Assembly (NCBI RefSeq): GCF_004010195.1
Contig: NC_057721.1
Location: 39,696,194-39,760,193 of the forward strand
Length of the DNA: 64,000 nt
Direction: 5' to 3'
Source of the DNA: Chiloscyllium plagiosum
Taxonomy: Eukaryota
Positions 61,844-64,000 of this stretch are shown piece by piece (position 1 is the stretch's first letter; every line of letters begins with the position of its first letter). The notes under the pieces are model-generated. The model saw only the letters and a program-made list of their open reading frames with translations. It was not told the origin of the DNA and did not search any database. The position numbers and the translations under genes were made by a program.

Positions 61844-64000
61844 CTGCATGGGAAGGAAGACATTGAGTAACTTGTGTAAGAATAAAACTGCTATGGATAA
61901 AACTAAAACTGTCCATCTTTTGTAATTTATTAGAAGAAAAAGGTGAAACTACTGGAGTCAAAACTTTGACATACTTTATTGTACTGCTAATCTAAAGACA
62001 CATTGCAATTTGCAATTCATAGTCATTATTACAATCAAATTAAGCACAAGCGGAGCAGCTGTAATCTTAAATTTTGAAAAATGATATCAGTGTTTTTAGT
62101 GGTGTTACTCAGTCCAAATGCTGTATGCGTTAATGCTTAAAAATGGAGAAGTTGAGTTAGTCTGGGAACACACTTGTTCAGTGGTAATTCCATAGAATTC
62201 AGTATCAAAAATTTTCATTCTTTCAGTTAACTAACTCTCTGTATTCAGTACTGTCACTGAAAAGATGCTTCTATGCAAAATACCAGCACTTTTGACCATA
62301 TAATGTATGGCCATAGGAATACAAAGGAGTGTATGCTTATTATGTATATTTATGTATCACGTAAGTAAATATATAGTTCAAAAGAATACACAACGTCCGT
62401 CCTGAAACGGCACTGTCCATAAGTATATCCAAGATTTAATGAAAATGTTTAAAATATAAGCATCCAAGAACCTAATGAGCACTTAGACATGGAAACATCC
62501 AGTCCAGAACCACTTTGCCAATTACCTTTTTCACCCATTATCATTTAAAGAACTGAATGCTAAGCTCTGGAAACCAAGTCAACAGTGAAACATCATTCTG
62601 GGCTGTTTTCTTAAATGTAGAAAGTGTATATTAAAAAATTATGAGTGGGCATTTTCTTTTTAATATAAATCAAGGCTTGAGTCTAAAACCACCATTGGCT
62701 CCTGTTGTGGAATATCTTTTTACTTTAAACTAATTGTGTCAAGAATAAACTCCAATAACACATGTAACAAAACTTAGTTCTTTTGGCTCCTAAACAAAAA
62801 AGGGAAGTAGCACCCCAGACAATACATAACAAATAAGAAGCATTTTGCAATATTATATTGGTCTAGTTCCAACTATGTACTATACCCTGCAGTTGGCTGA
62901 TTAGCTCAATTTGTATTTTTAAGAAAACGTCTGCACCTGTTCTTTACATTTAAAATAACAGTTCAGAAACATGACACTGCACTGACATTGCATCACAAGA
63001 GTTTTTATTACAAAATCCAAATGGATCAATACAAATGAGATGCAATGTAAATAAAAGGTTAAATTTACCAATATAGTTCAAAACCTTACACATTGTAACC
63101 ATGTGGATGATGAATGATCTACAACAGGGTTGTCCAACATTTTGCATTTTGGAGGGGGGGGGGGCGTTGGCACAATCCATTTAATCCCTCACTTGCTGGC
63201 CCCGCCACCAAATAACATTCCAAAACTAAAATTATAATTTAAATGACTATTCAAAATTGCGAAGCAGCATAACCAACTAACAGCACTACTTGTTTTTCCC
63301 TTTCCCATAAGAAAAATGTCAATGCCTAAGCCTTCACCATCAGTAAAAGGGGTGGGAAATGAGGCAGAGATAAGAAGGTATGTGTAATGAATGCTGACCT
63401 TGGGTTTACTTGTGATTTGTCAGGCTGATGTTGTGCAGGATTAGGTGGCAGTGGATTGGTGTGTCCAGCTCAATTCAACTCATCCATTCACCAAAGCACA
63501 CACATCCCCTTTTCCCTGATCCTGCACTCACTTCTACTAGCTACTACATCCCTGTAACTAACATCTACCCACCAAATTTCCTTGATCCAGACACATTACT
63601 CACCCATCCTTCTAACCACTAACTTAGTCTCCATATATTCTCACACTACGTCACACACCCACTGCTCCAGTCACCCACCAAACCACAGCTCTCTCTAGTC
63701 ACCAACCTCGCTATCACTCTCCTAGAGTCACTCACTCCCCAACAAATGCCATCCCAACACCACCCACCTACCATACACGCACCTTTCCACTCACACACCC
63801 ACCGACCTAATTCCAGTAACTGCTTTGGCAAAAGAAAGTTTCCGGATTAATGTTGCAGCTAAGAATGCACGTCCCTTGGATCTCTGCAGCCAAATTGGGC
63901 ACCCTGATCAAATGACAAATCAGAGGTGCAGCAAGGCTAGCCAAGCAATGCAGCAAAGTGACGATCAATTCCAAAAAAAACCTAGGCAAAAAAATGGCCA

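Noticed and set aside
61844-64000. Nested GPR34/GPR82 genes known from CASK intron 5 in mammals
   Set aside because: Only ~2 kb of that intron is in the window, and no 7TM-like ORF is present.

Overview
Vertebrate genomic DNA, most likely a cartilaginous fish (HE1-type V-SINE, SacSINE1-like Deu-SINEs, abundant CR1 and Penelope-like elements). The whole window lies inside the CASK gene on the minus strand. Six coding exons are present, equivalent to human exons 6-11 (103, 176, 123, 84, 100 and 18 nt). All have AG/GT splice sites and join in frame; they include the 18-nt (G)LLAAE(R) microexon. The introns are packed with decayed CR1, Rex1/Babar, L2/CR1-type LINEs, Penelope-like elements (several with hammerhead-ribozyme-like cores and 12-16 bp target-site duplications) and SINEs. 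The most unusual object is a decayed endogenous retrovirus in intron 6 (about 49.3-56.9 kb): LTR, tRNA-Ser PBS, gag, pol lacking protease/RT, and env. It is bounded by two ~640 bp LTR copies in INVERTED orientation, and their homology stops at TTAA on both outer ends. Other notable structures are a near-identical 595 bp duplication of a CR1 3' end plus unique intron sequence (candidate pre-mRNA 5' transduction), a ~1 kb palindromic Penelope-derived insertion, a CpG-rich fold-back region and a 29-bp-stem hairpin. Repeat boundaries were read by eye and are approximate; exon numbers follow the human gene from memory.
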